Source of the DNA: Desulfurococcales archaeon
GTDB taxonomy: Archaea; Thermoproteota; Thermoprotei_A; Sulfolobales; Desulfurococcaceae
Assembly: GCA_027022365.1 (NCBI GenBank)
Contig: JALVYU010000007.1
Span: forward strand, 32,001 to 96,000
Reading direction: 5' to 3'
DNA: 64,000 nucleotides
Shown here: positions 1-10,460 of the stretch, piece by piece
Numbering within the stretch: the first letter of the stretch is position 1
Layout of the letters: each line of letters begins with the position of its first letter
Position numbers and translations under genes: made by a program
Notes under the pieces: generated by a model
Told to the model about the DNA's origin: nothing
What the model saw: the letters and a program-made list of their open reading frames with translations, nothing else
Databases searched by the model: none

Positions 1-887
1 TGCCGAGACTACGGTTTGGGCCTGCAGGAAAACCGATCTCTTTTAAAAATATTGATCTTATCAGGATACCTGAAAAACTACGTGAGATGGGCCTAGATGC
101 GATGGAGTATGAAGCAGTGAGGGGGGTCAAAATAAATGAGGAAAAAGCCAAGCTATTCGGTGAGGAGGCGAGGAGAAACGATATTCTCCTTAGTTTGCAT
201 GCACCATACTTTATTAATCTGGCGAGCGCCAAGGAGAAAATAATTGAAAACAGTATCAGAAGGCTTAATGCATCTATACAAGCTGCTCACTGGATGGGAG
301 CCTATGTTGTAGTGTTTCATCCTGGATATTATAAGGACGCATCATCGCATGACGAGGCATTGAAACGAGTCATACAGAACCTCGAACCGGTGGTAGAGTT
401 TAGAAAAAGTATTGGAGCGAAAAATGTATGGCTAGGGCCTGAAACAACTGGTAAGATAACGCAGGTTGGAAGCCTAGATGAAGTGATCGAGATCTGTAGG
501 AACGTTGAAGGAACGAGGCCTGTGATTGATTGGGCGCATCTGCATGCAAGAAGTATGGGCGAACACATAACAAGCATCGACCATGTAATCAACGTGATTG
601 AGAAGATCGAGAAAGAACTGGGTACGTGGGCCGTCAAACCCCTCCATATGCACTTCTCTAGAATAGAATATGGAAAAGGAGGGGAACGCGTACACCATAT
701 ACTAGACGATACAGATTTCGGCCCCGAGTTCGAACACGTGTGTAGAGGGGTAGTCGAGACAGGCGTGGACGGTGTCTTTATCAGTGAGAGCCCCATATTA
801 GAAAAAGACGCGCTAGTGATGAAGAAGATCTGTATGGAAGTATGTGGTGTAAAGTGTTTTGCTAACGAGGCTAAGGAGAAAGGTTAA
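1..887 (+). CDS. nfo: Endonuclease IV-like (AP endonuclease 2) TIM-barrel protein; the ATG straddles the window edge
   Basis: Frame is open from the window start ((M)PRLRFGPAGKP...); HAPYFINL, VFHPG, PETTGK, DWAH, HMHFS and ESP metal motifs. Confidence 0.85.
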   Translation, partial: PRLRFGPAGKPISFKNIDLIRIPEKLREMGLDAMEYEAVRGVKINEEKAKLFGEEARRNDILLSLHAPYFINLASAKEKIIENSIRRLNASIQAAHWMGAYVVVFHPGYYKDASSHDEALKRVIQNLEPVVEFRKSIGAKNVWLGPETTGKITQVGSLDEVIEICRNVEGTRPVIDWAHLHARSMGEHITSIDHVINVIEKIEKELGTWAVKPLHMHFSRIEYGKGGERVHHILDDTDFGPEFEHVCRGVVETGVDGVFISESPILEKDALVMKKICMEVCGVKCFANEAKEKG

Positions 888-1452
888 GAAACTATTTGAG
901 ACTATAGCGGGGTTTCTCGCAGCTATAGGTATAGGCCCAAATACAATAACCATTTGTTCCCTTATCGTTTCTTCAACCGCTTTTCTCGCCATGTATTATT
1001 GGCATTCTATACCATTGTTCTTGGCAATGATACTTTTATCGGGCCTACTGGATGCACTTGATGGAGCCTTGGCAAGACTTACAGGCAAGACGACGCGTTT
1101 TGGCGCATTCTTAGATTCAACTATAGATAGGTTATCTGATACATTCTATATATTATCATACCTATCCCTCGGGGTAAACCCTCTACTTATAGGATTTCTC
1201 CTGTCTTTCTCGCTTCTTATCAGCTATACGCGGAGCAGAGCGGAGTCCCTCGGTATAAAAATGGAGGGAATAGGAATTATTGAGAGAGCTGAGAGGGTGT
1301 TATGGTTAGCGGGTACGGCGCTTCTTTATTATATAGGAAGAAGTGCCGTAACTATTTCTCTGGCCGTACTCTTACTGTTGTCTATCACAACTTTTATTCA
1401 AAGGATAAAACATGTTTACGACTCATTATCTCATAGCGCCGACAAATCATAG
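859..1452 (+). CDS. pgsA: CDP-alcohol phosphatidyltransferase (archaetidylinositol phosphate synthase-like)
   Basis: DALDGALAR...GAFLDSTIDR signature; hydrophobic helices. Confidence 0.85.
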   Translation: MLTRLRRKVKKLFETIAGFLAAIGIGPNTITICSLIVSSTAFLAMYYWHSIPLFLAMILLSGLLDALDGALARLTGKTTRFGAFLDSTIDRLSDTFYILSYLSLGVNPLLIGFLLSFSLLISYTRSRAESLGIKMEGIGIIERAERVLWLAGTALLYYIGRSAVTISLAVLLLLSITTFIQRIKHVYDSLSHSADKS

Positions 1453-3470
1453 TGGCCTGCAATCGGTAATGGTGTTCTGAACGTCACATATCCCATTCTA
1501 AGTGCATGGGTTTTGAGAAGCCCAACTCTATCGCTTGCCCTAAGAATAAGATCACGATACTCTCCTGGTATGTCTAGGCTGGGTAGCTGACTCTTATCCG
1601 TTCTCAATATGATCTTAGTATTGGACAGCTGTAGAATTATGTCGTGGACATCCTTTGGTGAATGTGTTGAGAATATGATGCCGAGCCTTCTGGCTCTTCC
1701 AAGCCTTGCAATCCTGTCGATCATTCCTGACACATGCTCTATGTATTCTTCCTTACCGCCTCCTCTCGATGGGAAAAACCTGTGTGCCTCATCCATGATT
1801 ATAATGACTGGCTGGGTAGCGATCCTTTTCCTAGACATTGTCAACTTCCATTCAAACACCTTGTTAAGTATTCTGAACGCAGCAATACTTATGATCTTGT
1901 CAGGATCAGAAGGGCTGTTCTCCTGGAGGTATTCTAGATCAACAACTATCGGGTATCCCTTCATCAGACCATGGTGTTTCTCAAGTATTAATCCTATTGA
2001 TGGTTCATGGAGGTACTTTTCCTCGCCAATACCTCCCGGAACACAGATATCGAACAAGCCAGTATCTATTAGAGAACCTATCTGTCTAAGCATGTTTTCA
2101 ATTGTAGACTTATGTATTGCGAGCTCCTTGATAAGCTCGATAACATATTCCTTGTTAGGATTCAGCACGGGGCCTTTGTGCGACGCGCCTGGTTTTTCGC
2201 GTAACCTGTATCTAGCCTCTTGTAATGCCTCGTATAACTCGCTGAGAGATTCAAGTTCAGCATTTTTGGATTTAAGATAATTGAGTAGCCTGAGCAGCCC
2301 ATCTTTAGCCTGCCTAGTGAAGTAAGGGTTAAGTGAGATGAAATCTCTGGGCGACATGTCCTTGAATCTGAATCCGTAGGGCACTATGAATAGCTCTATA
2401 TATTCTTTCTCATCTCCATAACTAACACCTATATTCATTTTCACTATACGTAGGGGTGTTCTTCCCGGTTCTTCGATAATTTCTATCTCCTCTACCCAGC
2501 TATTCCACCCCATTCTCTCAGCTATGGGCTCGTAGGTGGATTCATAGTATTCCTCCGCGATCATCTTGAGGAGCCTGGGCCAAGACACTTGCTCTTCATT
2601 AACTAGTCTCTCGACGAGATGACTTGTGATCGGTAGTATTATGACAAGGCCTCTAGGTCTACTGATGTTTTCAAGCGTCCTCTTAAGCATTCTTTCTTCG
2701 AGTTCCTTATCAATGCCCTCATAAAACTCCCATGTAGGTTTAAGGGGCAATGTGACGTAGTCGCGGTTAGGATCCATTATCAATAAACTTGTGCTCTGAT
2801 CGTTGAAATTATAATGGCTCGTGAACGCTGAGATCATGTTCTTGAGTAGAGTAGTTTTCCCCGAGCCAGTGGTTCCCAGTATGAGTGTGTGTTGATAGAA
2901 TGTTTTTAGAGGAACATATACTTGAACCGAAGCGCTGAATATCGGTCTATCTCCGGTTGTCACATATCCTATGAACACGCCTTTCGTTGGAAGACCTAGG
3001 ATCTTTTGGACTACGGCGGGGTCTCTCGGCATGATTACAGGTGATTGAGGCTCAATAACAGTATTCGATGCCTCGACAACCCCTGTCTCGACATTATATG
3101 TTAGGAGAGGTTTGCCGTAGATCCTAGTCTTGGTCAATAAGCCTGCGGGCTCTCTTTCCGGCATAGAGATGGTGAGATCGGGAAGATTAAGTTCTGCAAT
3201 GACATCTCTTCGCTCCACCTTAACTATCCTTATACTGGTAATAGCCAGAGTTTTGATATCGACAATTGCTAGAAAGTTGCCAGCACTAGCTATCTCTTGG
3301 AATTTCTTAAAATATACGTGTGGCTCAACATCGAAGACCACTAAGCCGCCTTCCTCTGATATGCTTGAAGGACTTGTGCGTGAAACCCAGCCTATGATCT
3401 CACCGTACTTCTCGGCGATAGATATGGCTTGTTGCATCCTCTGCCTTATGGATAGCAGCATGTCATCCAA
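1431..3470 (-). CDS. HerA/FtsK-family ATPase (HerA paralogue)
   Basis: N-terminal HAS-barrel-like region, Walker A GTTGSGKT, Walker B IIIMDEAH, RLGR arginine motif. Confidence 0.85.
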   Translation of the reverse strand: MDDMLLSIRQRMQQAISIAEKYGEIIGWVSRTSPSSISEEGGLVVFDVEPHVYFKKFQEIASAGNFLAIVDIKTLAITSIRIVKVERRDVIAELNLPDLTISMPEREPAGLLTKTRIYGKPLLTYNVETGVVEASNTVIEPQSPVIMPRDPAVVQKILGLPTKGVFIGYVTTGDRPIFSASVQVYVPLKTFYQHTLILGTTGSGKTTLLKNMISAFTSHYNFNDQSTSLLIMDPNRDYVTLPLKPTWEFYEGIDKELEERMLKRTLENISRPRGLVIILPITSHLVERLVNEEQVSWPRLLKMIAEEYYESTYEPIAERMGWNSWVEEIEIIEEPGRTPLRIVKMNIGVSYGDEKEYIELFIVPYGFRFKDMSPRDFISLNPYFTRQAKDGLLRLLNYLKSKNAELESLSELYEALQEARYRLREKPGASHKGPVLNPNKEYVIELIKELAIHKSTIENMLRQIGSLIDTGLFDICVPGGIGEEKYLHEPSIGLILEKHHGLMKGYPIVVDLEYLQENSPSDPDKIISIAAFRILNKVFEWKLTMSRKRIATQPVIIIMDEAHRFFPSRGGGKEEYIEHVSGMIDRIARLGRARRLGIIFSTHSPKDVHDIILQLSNTKIILRTDKSQLPSLDIPGEYRDLILRASDRVGLLKTHALRMGYVTFRTPLPIAGHYDLSAL

Positions 3471-4746
3471 TGAAGTATCCCTCTATCGAGCGCATCGAGT
3501 CATAGGTCAGGGGGACACCGTTATCTTCTAGTAGTCTTATAAAGTAGTTTGTAATCCCCCTAGATACATCTTTGGCTAGTTTATCGGCGATAAGGATTGA
3601 TAGAGGTATAACGGTTCCTGACAATAGTGAATCTATTAATGGCGGGGTACATGGATGGTCGTATGTTTTAAGAATAAATGAGAGATCATGCTCGAGAAAC
3701 TCTACTCTGTAGAAGCCGTAGGGCGCCACACCTGTATTAATAGCGTATCTATGTCTAGGGAGTCCAATATAGTATACGATCTTAGGGGGTATGTCTGCTA
3801 GTTCTTGCGGAGCCCCTATCTTGATGGGCCCTATTATGAACGGCTTAGCAGAGACGTTCTTAAATACTGAGCGAGTATACAGTATAAGGTAAGCCTGATC
3901 ATTTATTTTTGCTCCACCCGTCAGGCCCGCTGGATCAACACATGATAAAATATATGAGTTTTCAAGCCGTTTCACAATTCCATAAACGAGTGTATTTTTC
4001 TTCTTATGTCTAAGTATCTCGAGTCTTTCCTTGATCAGTGCTTTCCAGCTAGCAATATAATCGTCAACCCTCCCTCTGCTTGGTGGTTTCAGTGAAGAAT
4101 ACATACTTGCCAGTTTAGGCACTATGTAGATAGGCCCGTCGAGGAAAACAACGCTGCCGGATCCGCTACTTGTATTCATCAGAATCATAGAAAGTACATG
4201 GTTCTCAATGACTAGTCTAAGTTCATCTAGAGCAACATATCGATTATATGTTTCGTCGTATGGCGTTCCTGCAGGATTATGAGTCATTACGCATGGGTTC
4301 TTAAGGATTATATCATCGGGGCCGGAAAAGGGGATTATAACCATCCATTTACAATCCTGGCACAGCACGGGATCTTTTCCTATTATCCCCATAATTGACG
4401 GGCACTCGACTTTATCTCCATACCTATAGTTTACACCGACACCAAACCCCATTCCCATGAAAAAGAACGGAGATGTTATAGTTCGTGTACTACTGTCCAC
4501 ACCATAAATAGGTATGAAAGTATTATGTTTGCGGAGATCATCTACATCGATTATTTCAATTATATTGTCATCCAAAACCTGTATCTTATTATCATCAACG
4601 TACTCGATCCTCGCCTCAAATAGAGGTTGGGCTGTTTCTGATTCATCAACAAAGCGTGTCATTCGATTATTTCTTTTTACTAGACCTATTAGATCCTTTG
4701 CTATCCCGCTAAATATTCCGGTATCCATGGGTATCCCTAAAATCAC
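3463..4746 (-). CDS. NurA-family nuclease
   Basis: GVDSS, FLDGP and GIVKR motifs typical of NurA; overlaps the herA-like gene. Confidence 0.75.
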   Translation of the reverse strand: MILGIPMDTGIFSGIAKDLIGLVKRNNRMTRFVDESETAQPLFEARIEYVDDNKIQVLDDNIIEIIDVDDLRKHNTFIPIYGVDSSTRTITSPFFFMGMGFGVGVNYRYGDKVECPSIMGIIGKDPVLCQDCKWMVIIPFSGPDDIILKNPCVMTHNPAGTPYDETYNRYVALDELRLVIENHVLSMILMNTSSGSGSVVFLDGPIYIVPKLASMYSSLKPPSRGRVDDYIASWKALIKERLEILRHKKKNTLVYGIVKRLENSYILSCVDPAGLTGGAKINDQAYLILYTRSVFKNVSAKPFIIGPIKIGAPQELADIPPKIVYYIGLPRHRYAINTGVAPYGFYRVEFLEHDLSFILKTYDHPCTPPLIDSLLSGTVIPLSILIADKLAKDVSRGITNYFIRLLEDNGVPLTYDSMRSIEGYFIG

Positions 4747-4800
4747 TCAAATCAAGGTATCCCTATATATTCTGGCAGTGTTAATCATTTCTCGGATACG

Positions 4801-5526
4801 GTGTATTTGAGGATGCAGATAATCAGTACTATTAGGTTAGCAGGTGCAATATTCATAGTGGCATCATTAATGGCTGCATTCTATCTAGGCTCAATACTAG
4901 TCAACGACTACATGCCGATAATATCTGGTATTGTCAATCTTAAAGTGAGCTATAGAATACTTTCAGCATCCCTCTATAATCAAAATAGCTCAAATTTATA
5001 CTTCGAAATGATAGTGTCTCTTAACCCAAGTCTCAAACTGAATAATACAAGACTCATGATCGGGGGTTATGTATTCAATTGTTGGATGAATAACACCAAC
5101 AGCTATTTATGCTATGTAAATATATCATCAGAAGAAGTCTCGGGATCAACGAGGATCATATTTAGCGGAAGGCATATAGGGATTATTTCTTATAGTATTG
5201 AGAAAAACCTTACATGCATAAATAATATCCTTGATGAGGTGACACCAAGTATTTCGAACATATACTGTATATCGACCAATAATCATACGAAATATCTTTT
5301 AATCGAGATAAGTTCAAAATACTATTACACCGGAAGTTTTAAGATAAAATTCATATATACAAACTTGACACTAACTAAAGAGTTCAACATGACGATCCAG
5401 CCCAATACAACGTCTTTTCTCAAAATAAAGAGTGTTTGTACCGGTGAACTAATCAAGATCATACTCTATTATCCATTCAACTACACTAAGACATATGCGG
5501 TGGTGAAAAATGAGGAAAGCATCTAG
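4801..5526 (+). CDS. Hypothetical membrane-anchored/secreted protein
   Basis: N-terminal TM helix, Asn-rich with many N-x-S/T sequons, AT-rich. Confidence 0.6.
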   Translation: MYLRMQIISTIRLAGAIFIVASLMAAFYLGSILVNDYMPIISGIVNLKVSYRILSASLYNQNSSNLYFEMIVSLNPSLKLNNTRLMIGGYVFNCWMNNTNSYLCYVNISSEEVSGSTRIIFSGRHIGIISYSIEKNLTCINNILDEVTPSISNIYCISTNNHTKYLLIEISSKYYYTGSFKIKFIYTNLTLTKEFNMTIQPNTTSFLKIKSVCTGELIKIILYYPFNYTKTYAVVKNEESI

Positions 5527-5983
5527 AAATTCCTTTCTATTCTTGTTATTATCGCTGATTATTGTTGCATTATTACCGTTAATATCACTGGATTTTCCAT
5601 TGATAACGGGGCTTGTAAACTTACCTGCTCTATTATTCCAAGTAATCATATCCACGTTTATGATCGTTTCCTCCCTTATTATGTCATCAATTCTAATTTA
5701 TAGTGTAAGGAGTGTATTTGTTGAAATAATTCTAGCAGTAATCACAATGGTACTTGGTATTGTACGTGTTCTTATTGACCCTTTTGCCGAATACTCTATC
5801 GTAATAGACGGTCTTCATGTATACATCAATAATGATGTCTTGGTCGACGTGCTCCTATTAGTGATCATACTTTTTTATACTGGCTATATCTTATTAGACG
5901 TAACTAGAATTATTGAGAAGAGAAGTCTCGAGACCATATATAGGAGACGCAAGAAGATTGAACACTATATGAGAGAAAACTAG
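5510..5983 (+). CDS. Hypothetical integral membrane protein (~4 TM)
   Basis: Long hydrophobic runs; overlaps the previous gene. Confidence 0.6.
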   Translation: MRKASRNSFLFLLLSLIIVALLPLISLDFPLITGLVNLPALLFQVIISTFMIVSSLIMSSILIYSVRSVFVEIILAVITMVLGIVRVLIDPFAEYSIVIDGLHVYINNDVLVDVLLLVIILFYTGYILLDVTRIIEKRSLETIYRRRKKIEHYMREN

Positions 5984-5995
5984 CGGTGAACAATT

Positions 5996-7012
5996 TTGAC
6001 CAGGTATCCTAGAGTATTTATAGGAGGAGATTGGGACGCCGACGGAGTAGTGGCGGCAGCGCTGCTTGTTTACTCGCAGGAGAAACTCGGTAAATACCCT
6101 ATTGAGTCCAAGGCGATCGTTGATAGGAGACCAGTCGATCCTGAGAGGCTAAAGTTTATATTAAATGATATGCGTGCAGACTATGATCTAATGATCCTGC
6201 TGGATATCCCTTACACAAAATATATTCCCAACATCTTAAAGCTAATGAAAAGCCATTTCGGCGTCAAAAAGATAATCTACATAGATCATCATCTGTCAAC
6301 GATCTCAAATATCAAGAACCTGGAGAGTGTAATAGACGAGGTCATAGTAGACCACAAGATGCCCACAGCCGCAATAGTAGAGAAAATTCTGAGAGAACAC
6401 GGCATCGAACCGCATGCTAGGCTGAGAAGCTTCGTAGAAGTCGTGAAATACATGGACAGCGGAAGAAGAGTGCCTCAGAAGTACATGAAGTTATTCGAAA
6501 TGGCTTCTCTCTTCAGCAAGGCCTTAACGGTTATGCGTGATGAGAAAGTATGGGTGAAGATCGTCAACTGGCTAGCGACACCAGCCGCCCTGCCTATGCC
6601 CTTGGATCAAAAAATACTTAGCAAGGTTAGAGAGGCAATTGCTAGGCGCGACCAGGAGATAAAGGATATGGCTATAGATCTTGCAATGTCTGCGGAGAAG
6701 ATCGGTGAGATCAGATTTATTGATGCTAGGAGCAAGTGGAAGCATCGCGGCGGCACCGCTCTAGCTTCGAAAATAGCCTCAATCGTTAAGAGCCCTGTAG
6801 CGCTTCTTGTGACTACACGTAAAAACTATAGCTTGCTGATCATAAAAGCGTCTGGTGGTAAGGCTTATAGAATAGCGAAGTATCTAGTGGCCGAGGGCCT
6901 GGGCCACGATATTGCCGGTCATCCTAACCTTGCAATTGTAAGAGTTCCGAAAGACCCTGATCTCAAGAAACTAAAAGAGATGCTGCTGACGGCTCAGTAC
7001 TATACTCCCTAG
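5996..7012 (+). CDS. DHH-family phosphoesterase
   Basis: DWDADG, LLDIP and IDHH motifs, C-terminal GH; GGTGA SD before TTG. Confidence 0.8.
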   Translation: MTRYPRVFIGGDWDADGVVAAALLVYSQEKLGKYPIESKAIVDRRPVDPERLKFILNDMRADYDLMILLDIPYTKYIPNILKLMKSHFGVKKIIYIDHHLSTISNIKNLESVIDEVIVDHKMPTAAIVEKILREHGIEPHARLRSFVEVVKYMDSGRRVPQKYMKLFEMASLFSKALTVMRDEKVWVKIVNWLATPAALPMPLDQKILSKVREAIARRDQEIKDMAIDLAMSAEKIGEIRFIDARSKWKHRGGTALASKIASIVKSPVALLVTTRKNYSLLIIKASGGKAYRIAKYLVAEGLGHDIAGHPNLAIVRVPKDPDLKKLKEMLLTAQYYTP

Positions 7013-8316
7013 ACCCTATTTTCTAGGAACTCCCTATACTCTGCATATACTGGATCGTTTCTGATGCTTCGAAGCATTGGGGAGTTGTGTATTATCAGGT
7101 GCTCCCATCCACGAAGGCTCGGACAGATATAGCATCCTAGCCTGTAGAAGCCCTCCCCATATAGGGGGTTCAATGGTATGTTTCTATAGAGCATGTATAG
7201 CTGTAGTGTAAGTGTGGACCATTGTTTAAGTGGTGCGATCCGCGTATATTTCTCTGTAACAATAACCGGTGGGCGACGACTCCGCGCCTCAGACTCAACA
7301 TCTCTATCCCCGACAACAATCAAGCATCTAGACCCTCTGCAGAGATCGGCGTATTTTTTCTCGAGAGCGGATATTTTGAGCGCGGTGCACCATCTGTTAT
7401 TGGTCGTAGGGAATCCCTTCTCGCCGAGATGTTCTTTCAAACTGAGCTTTACTCTGTGGATATAAACCCCGAGTTTTTCCCCGAGGACTTCTATAAATTC
7501 TTTGTTCACAGGCATATCCACATCTATATCTACGAAGACACCCTCAACTCTACCCTTGTAGACCTTTTTCGCCAGGTACAATGCTGTTGCACTATCTTTA
7601 CCCCCACTAACAGGGACGATGACCCGCTCATAATCATTTGAGAACTTCTCTAGAAAGCTAACGACGATATTCTCTTCCTTTTCGAGGTACTCGATATTGT
7701 TCCGAACAAGATCATGTGGATCAATAGGAGACGGGTTTTCCCCGGAATACTTCGGGGATCCGATATTATCAGGTACTGATAGTATACCTTTAACCCCTGA
7801 AGCATCGATGATTAAGTGTTTTCCTCCGAGCATTCTAAGGGCGAGATAAGCTCCTTCACCCAAACCGATCTTTTTAGACACGCTCTTAGCTACATACAGT
7901 ATAAACAAATCCATATATGGCTCGGGATCAGGGATCAATAGTTTTGCCGTTCTACCTAGAACTATTTCTCCGTCCAAACAGCTAATTCTTAGCCTTTGAA
8001 GCGATCTGGCTTTCTCGAAAAACCATGCTAGATGCTCTATTCTAGTATTCCTCACTCTACTCCTATTAATGAGATATACGACATTGTTAAATCTATCGAC
8101 ATCCTTAACAAATTCATAGGTTTCTCGATCTCTTCTGCCCAGGAGAATGAAATTGTAGCATGTGTCCTTCAGAAGATCCTCTAATATGTGTTCTAATCGG
8201 CTAGTTCTGCCTCCTTTTAGCGTATTGATTGTTATCGGCCACTCCCTATAGAAGTGCTCAACCATAGACTCTACCGCGCCGGCATCGCTCCGCGACTTGA
8301 CTAATATCTGATACAT
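7009..8316 (-). CDS. PAPS reductase-family (PP-loop) protein
   Basis: SGGKDS PP-loop, RWCT, RLGCYICP. Confidence 0.85.
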   Translation of the reverse strand: MYQILVKSRSDAGAVESMVEHFYREWPITINTLKGGRTSRLEHILEDLLKDTCYNFILLGRRDRETYEFVKDVDRFNNVVYLINRSRVRNTRIEHLAWFFEKARSLQRLRISCLDGEIVLGRTAKLLIPDPEPYMDLFILYVAKSVSKKIGLGEGAYLALRMLGGKHLIIDASGVKGILSVPDNIGSPKYSGENPSPIDPHDLVRNNIEYLEKEENIVVSFLEKFSNDYERVIVPVSGGKDSATALYLAKKVYKGRVEGVFVDIDVDMPVNKEFIEVLGEKLGVYIHRVKLSLKEHLGEKGFPTTNNRWCTALKISALEKKYADLCRGSRCLIVVGDRDVESEARSRRPPVIVTEKYTRIAPLKQWSTLTLQLYMLYRNIPLNPLYGEGFYRLGCYICPSLRGWEHLIIHNSPMLRSIRNDPVYAEYREFLENRV

Positions 8317-8379
8317 TATGTTCCCCGCTCAGCAACCATAATTACGCTTATCCATAGCATAATATTATGAGGTGTTAGA

Positions 8380-9420
8380 GTGGTTACTATAGTTTCTTCA
8401 AAGGCATTTATGACTATGCATAAACCATGGTATGAGCATCCCGAAAATCCTGGGAGAATAGCAACGGTAGTTAATGCTGTTGAAAAGGTGGGATATGATG
8501 TACAGTGGGAAGAATATGTTCGAGACCAGGATGAAGGATTAAAGATAGCGGAGAAGATACATGTGAGAGGATACATCGATTATCTGAAAAGAACGAAGAA
8601 TAAGACGCCATGCGAACTAGATCCAGACACATATTTTGTTGATGACACATTAGAACTAGCGCTCTTTGCTTTAAACCTATCCTACGAAGCATCAATACAT
8701 GCACGACGAAGTAATGATATCTATCTTGTTCTGCTAAGACCGCCTGGACATCATGCTGGAAGAGCTGGGAAAGCAATGGGCGCTCCTACACAAGGTTTCT
8801 GTATTCTAAACAATGCGGCTGCGGCCACGATAAGCTTCCTGGAGCAGGGTTATCGACGAATAGCTGTTCTTGATGTTGACGTCCATTGTGGTAATGGTAC
8901 TGAGGAGATTTTCTATGAAAGAAATGATGTGTTAAATATTGATATTCATAGGGATCCAGCCGATTTCTATCCTTTCACATGTTTTCCTGAACAGATAGGC
9001 AAAGGTCGTGGGGAAGGGTATGCAGTAAACCTATTGCTTCCTCCTAGGGCCGGAGACGATATATTCTTGAAGTTCATAGAAATTGTAGAGACAATTGCCA
9101 CTTCCTATAACCCAGAGGCATTGGTGGTTTCTTTAGGACTCGATGGATATCTTGGTGATGGGCTCTCTGATACCCGTCTAACTAGTGCGTCATATCATTC
9201 GGTGGGTTCTCTTATCAAGAAACTTGGATTACCTACGGTGATCTTGCTTGAGGGAGGGTATTCAAGAGGATTAGAATACGGCGTCGATGCTTTCCTAGAC
9301 GGAATAAGTGGTCGTAGGATCAGGTTTAAGAGAAAAACCACAACACCTGTTTTGCTCCTTAAAGAATATCTAGGTACGGCGAGAGATATCATCAGAAGGA
9401 TTGGATGGCTAGAGAAGTGA
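8380..9420 (+). CDS. Histone deacetylase/AcuC-family deacetylase
   Basis: HPENPGR, RPPGHHA, GFC, DVDVHCGNGT, LEGGY. Confidence 0.9.
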   Translation: MVTIVSSKAFMTMHKPWYEHPENPGRIATVVNAVEKVGYDVQWEEYVRDQDEGLKIAEKIHVRGYIDYLKRTKNKTPCELDPDTYFVDDTLELALFALNLSYEASIHARRSNDIYLVLLRPPGHHAGRAGKAMGAPTQGFCILNNAAAATISFLEQGYRRIAVLDVDVHCGNGTEEIFYERNDVLNIDIHRDPADFYPFTCFPEQIGKGRGEGYAVNLLLPPRAGDDIFLKFIEIVETIATSYNPEALVVSLGLDGYLGDGLSDTRLTSASYHSVGSLIKKLGLPTVILLEGGYSRGLEYGVDAFLDGISGRRIRFKRKTTTPVLLLKEYLGTARDIIRRIGWLEK

Positions 9421-9426
9421 GTACGT

Positions 9427-9975
9427 ATGGTTGTTAATGATAGGGGAGAAGAGGTGGAGGCTAAGTACAGGATAACGTGCACGGTTGATAGTATTATGGA
9501 GAAGCTGCCCCGTCTTGGCGCTATCTATAAAGAAGCTGTTGATGAGGAAGACACTTATTTCCAGCACCCATGCAGGGATTTCTCAGAAACGGATGAAGCT
9601 CTACGCATTAGGCGCATGGTTAGGAATGGCCTTGAGAAATGGGTTTTAACGTATAAGGGCCCCAGACAAATGATCGGTGAGGTCAAGATACGTGAAGAAA
9701 TAGAGGCGGAACTACAAGATCCTGAGAAGTTCCGGAGAATACTTGAGAAACTAGGATTTATGGAAGTGGCAACTATTGCCAAGAAGCGGCTTGTATATAG
9801 CTATGATGGATGTGAGATTCTAATTGACCATGTAAACGGGCTGGGCAAGTTTTTGGAGATCGAATGTAAAGACCGTAATAAGATCGATATAATACGGAAA
9901 CCTCTAAGTAATTGTCTAGAACCAGTGTATAAAACATACCTAGAACTATATATGGAAAAAGGTGGCGATGTATGA
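9427..9975 (+). CDS. cyaB: CYTH-domain protein (class IV adenylate cyclase-like/triphosphate tunnel enzyme)
   Basis: EVEAK, DTYF, LRIR, TYKGP, REEIE, FLEIE. Confidence 0.85.
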   Translation: MVVNDRGEEVEAKYRITCTVDSIMEKLPRLGAIYKEAVDEEDTYFQHPCRDFSETDEALRIRRMVRNGLEKWVLTYKGPRQMIGEVKIREEIEAELQDPEKFRRILEKLGFMEVATIAKKRLVYSYDGCEILIDHVNGLGKFLEIECKDRNKIDIIRKPLSNCLEPVYKTYLELYMEKGGDV

Positions 9976-10460
9976 GTAGGGTTTTAAGCGTTGGAATAGG
10001 CGCTGTCGTGATAGATAAGGATAACAGGATCCTTTTGGTGAAACGGGGCCATCCCCCTGGCGAAGGTTATTGGGCTGTACCGGGTGGGCATCTCGAATAT
10101 GGAGAACACATTATTGAGGCCTGTCTCAGAGAGCTTGAAGAAGAGACGAGCATTAGGGGAATCCCACTGGGTGTCATATGGATTGACGAGATAATCCCTA
10201 ATGATTATCCCGGGTGCGATGAGCATTTTGTCCTAATAGACCTCCTAGTAGAACCACTCACAACTAAGGTCGTCCCGGGAAGCGATGCCGTCCAGGCAGG
10301 CTTCTACGAACTATCCGATCCACCCTCTCCGATAACCCCTCCTACTTCACGTTTAATACGTTTTATTAGGAAACACTTGGTTAGAGGAGAATATGTTATA
10401 GAAGCACTGAAGAAACATGTGCTTCCTTTACCCGGTGGACAAAAATGGAGTATTCAATAG
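9972..10460 (+). CDS. NUDIX hydrolase
   Basis: PGGHLEYGEHIIEACLRELEEETS Nudix box. Confidence 0.9.
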   Translation: MSRVLSVGIGAVVIDKDNRILLVKRGHPPGEGYWAVPGGHLEYGEHIIEACLRELEEETSIRGIPLGVIWIDEIIPNDYPGCDEHFVLIDLLVEPLTTKVVPGSDAVQAGFYELSDPPSPITPPTSRLIRFIRKHLVRGEYVIEALKKHVLPLPGGQKWSIQ

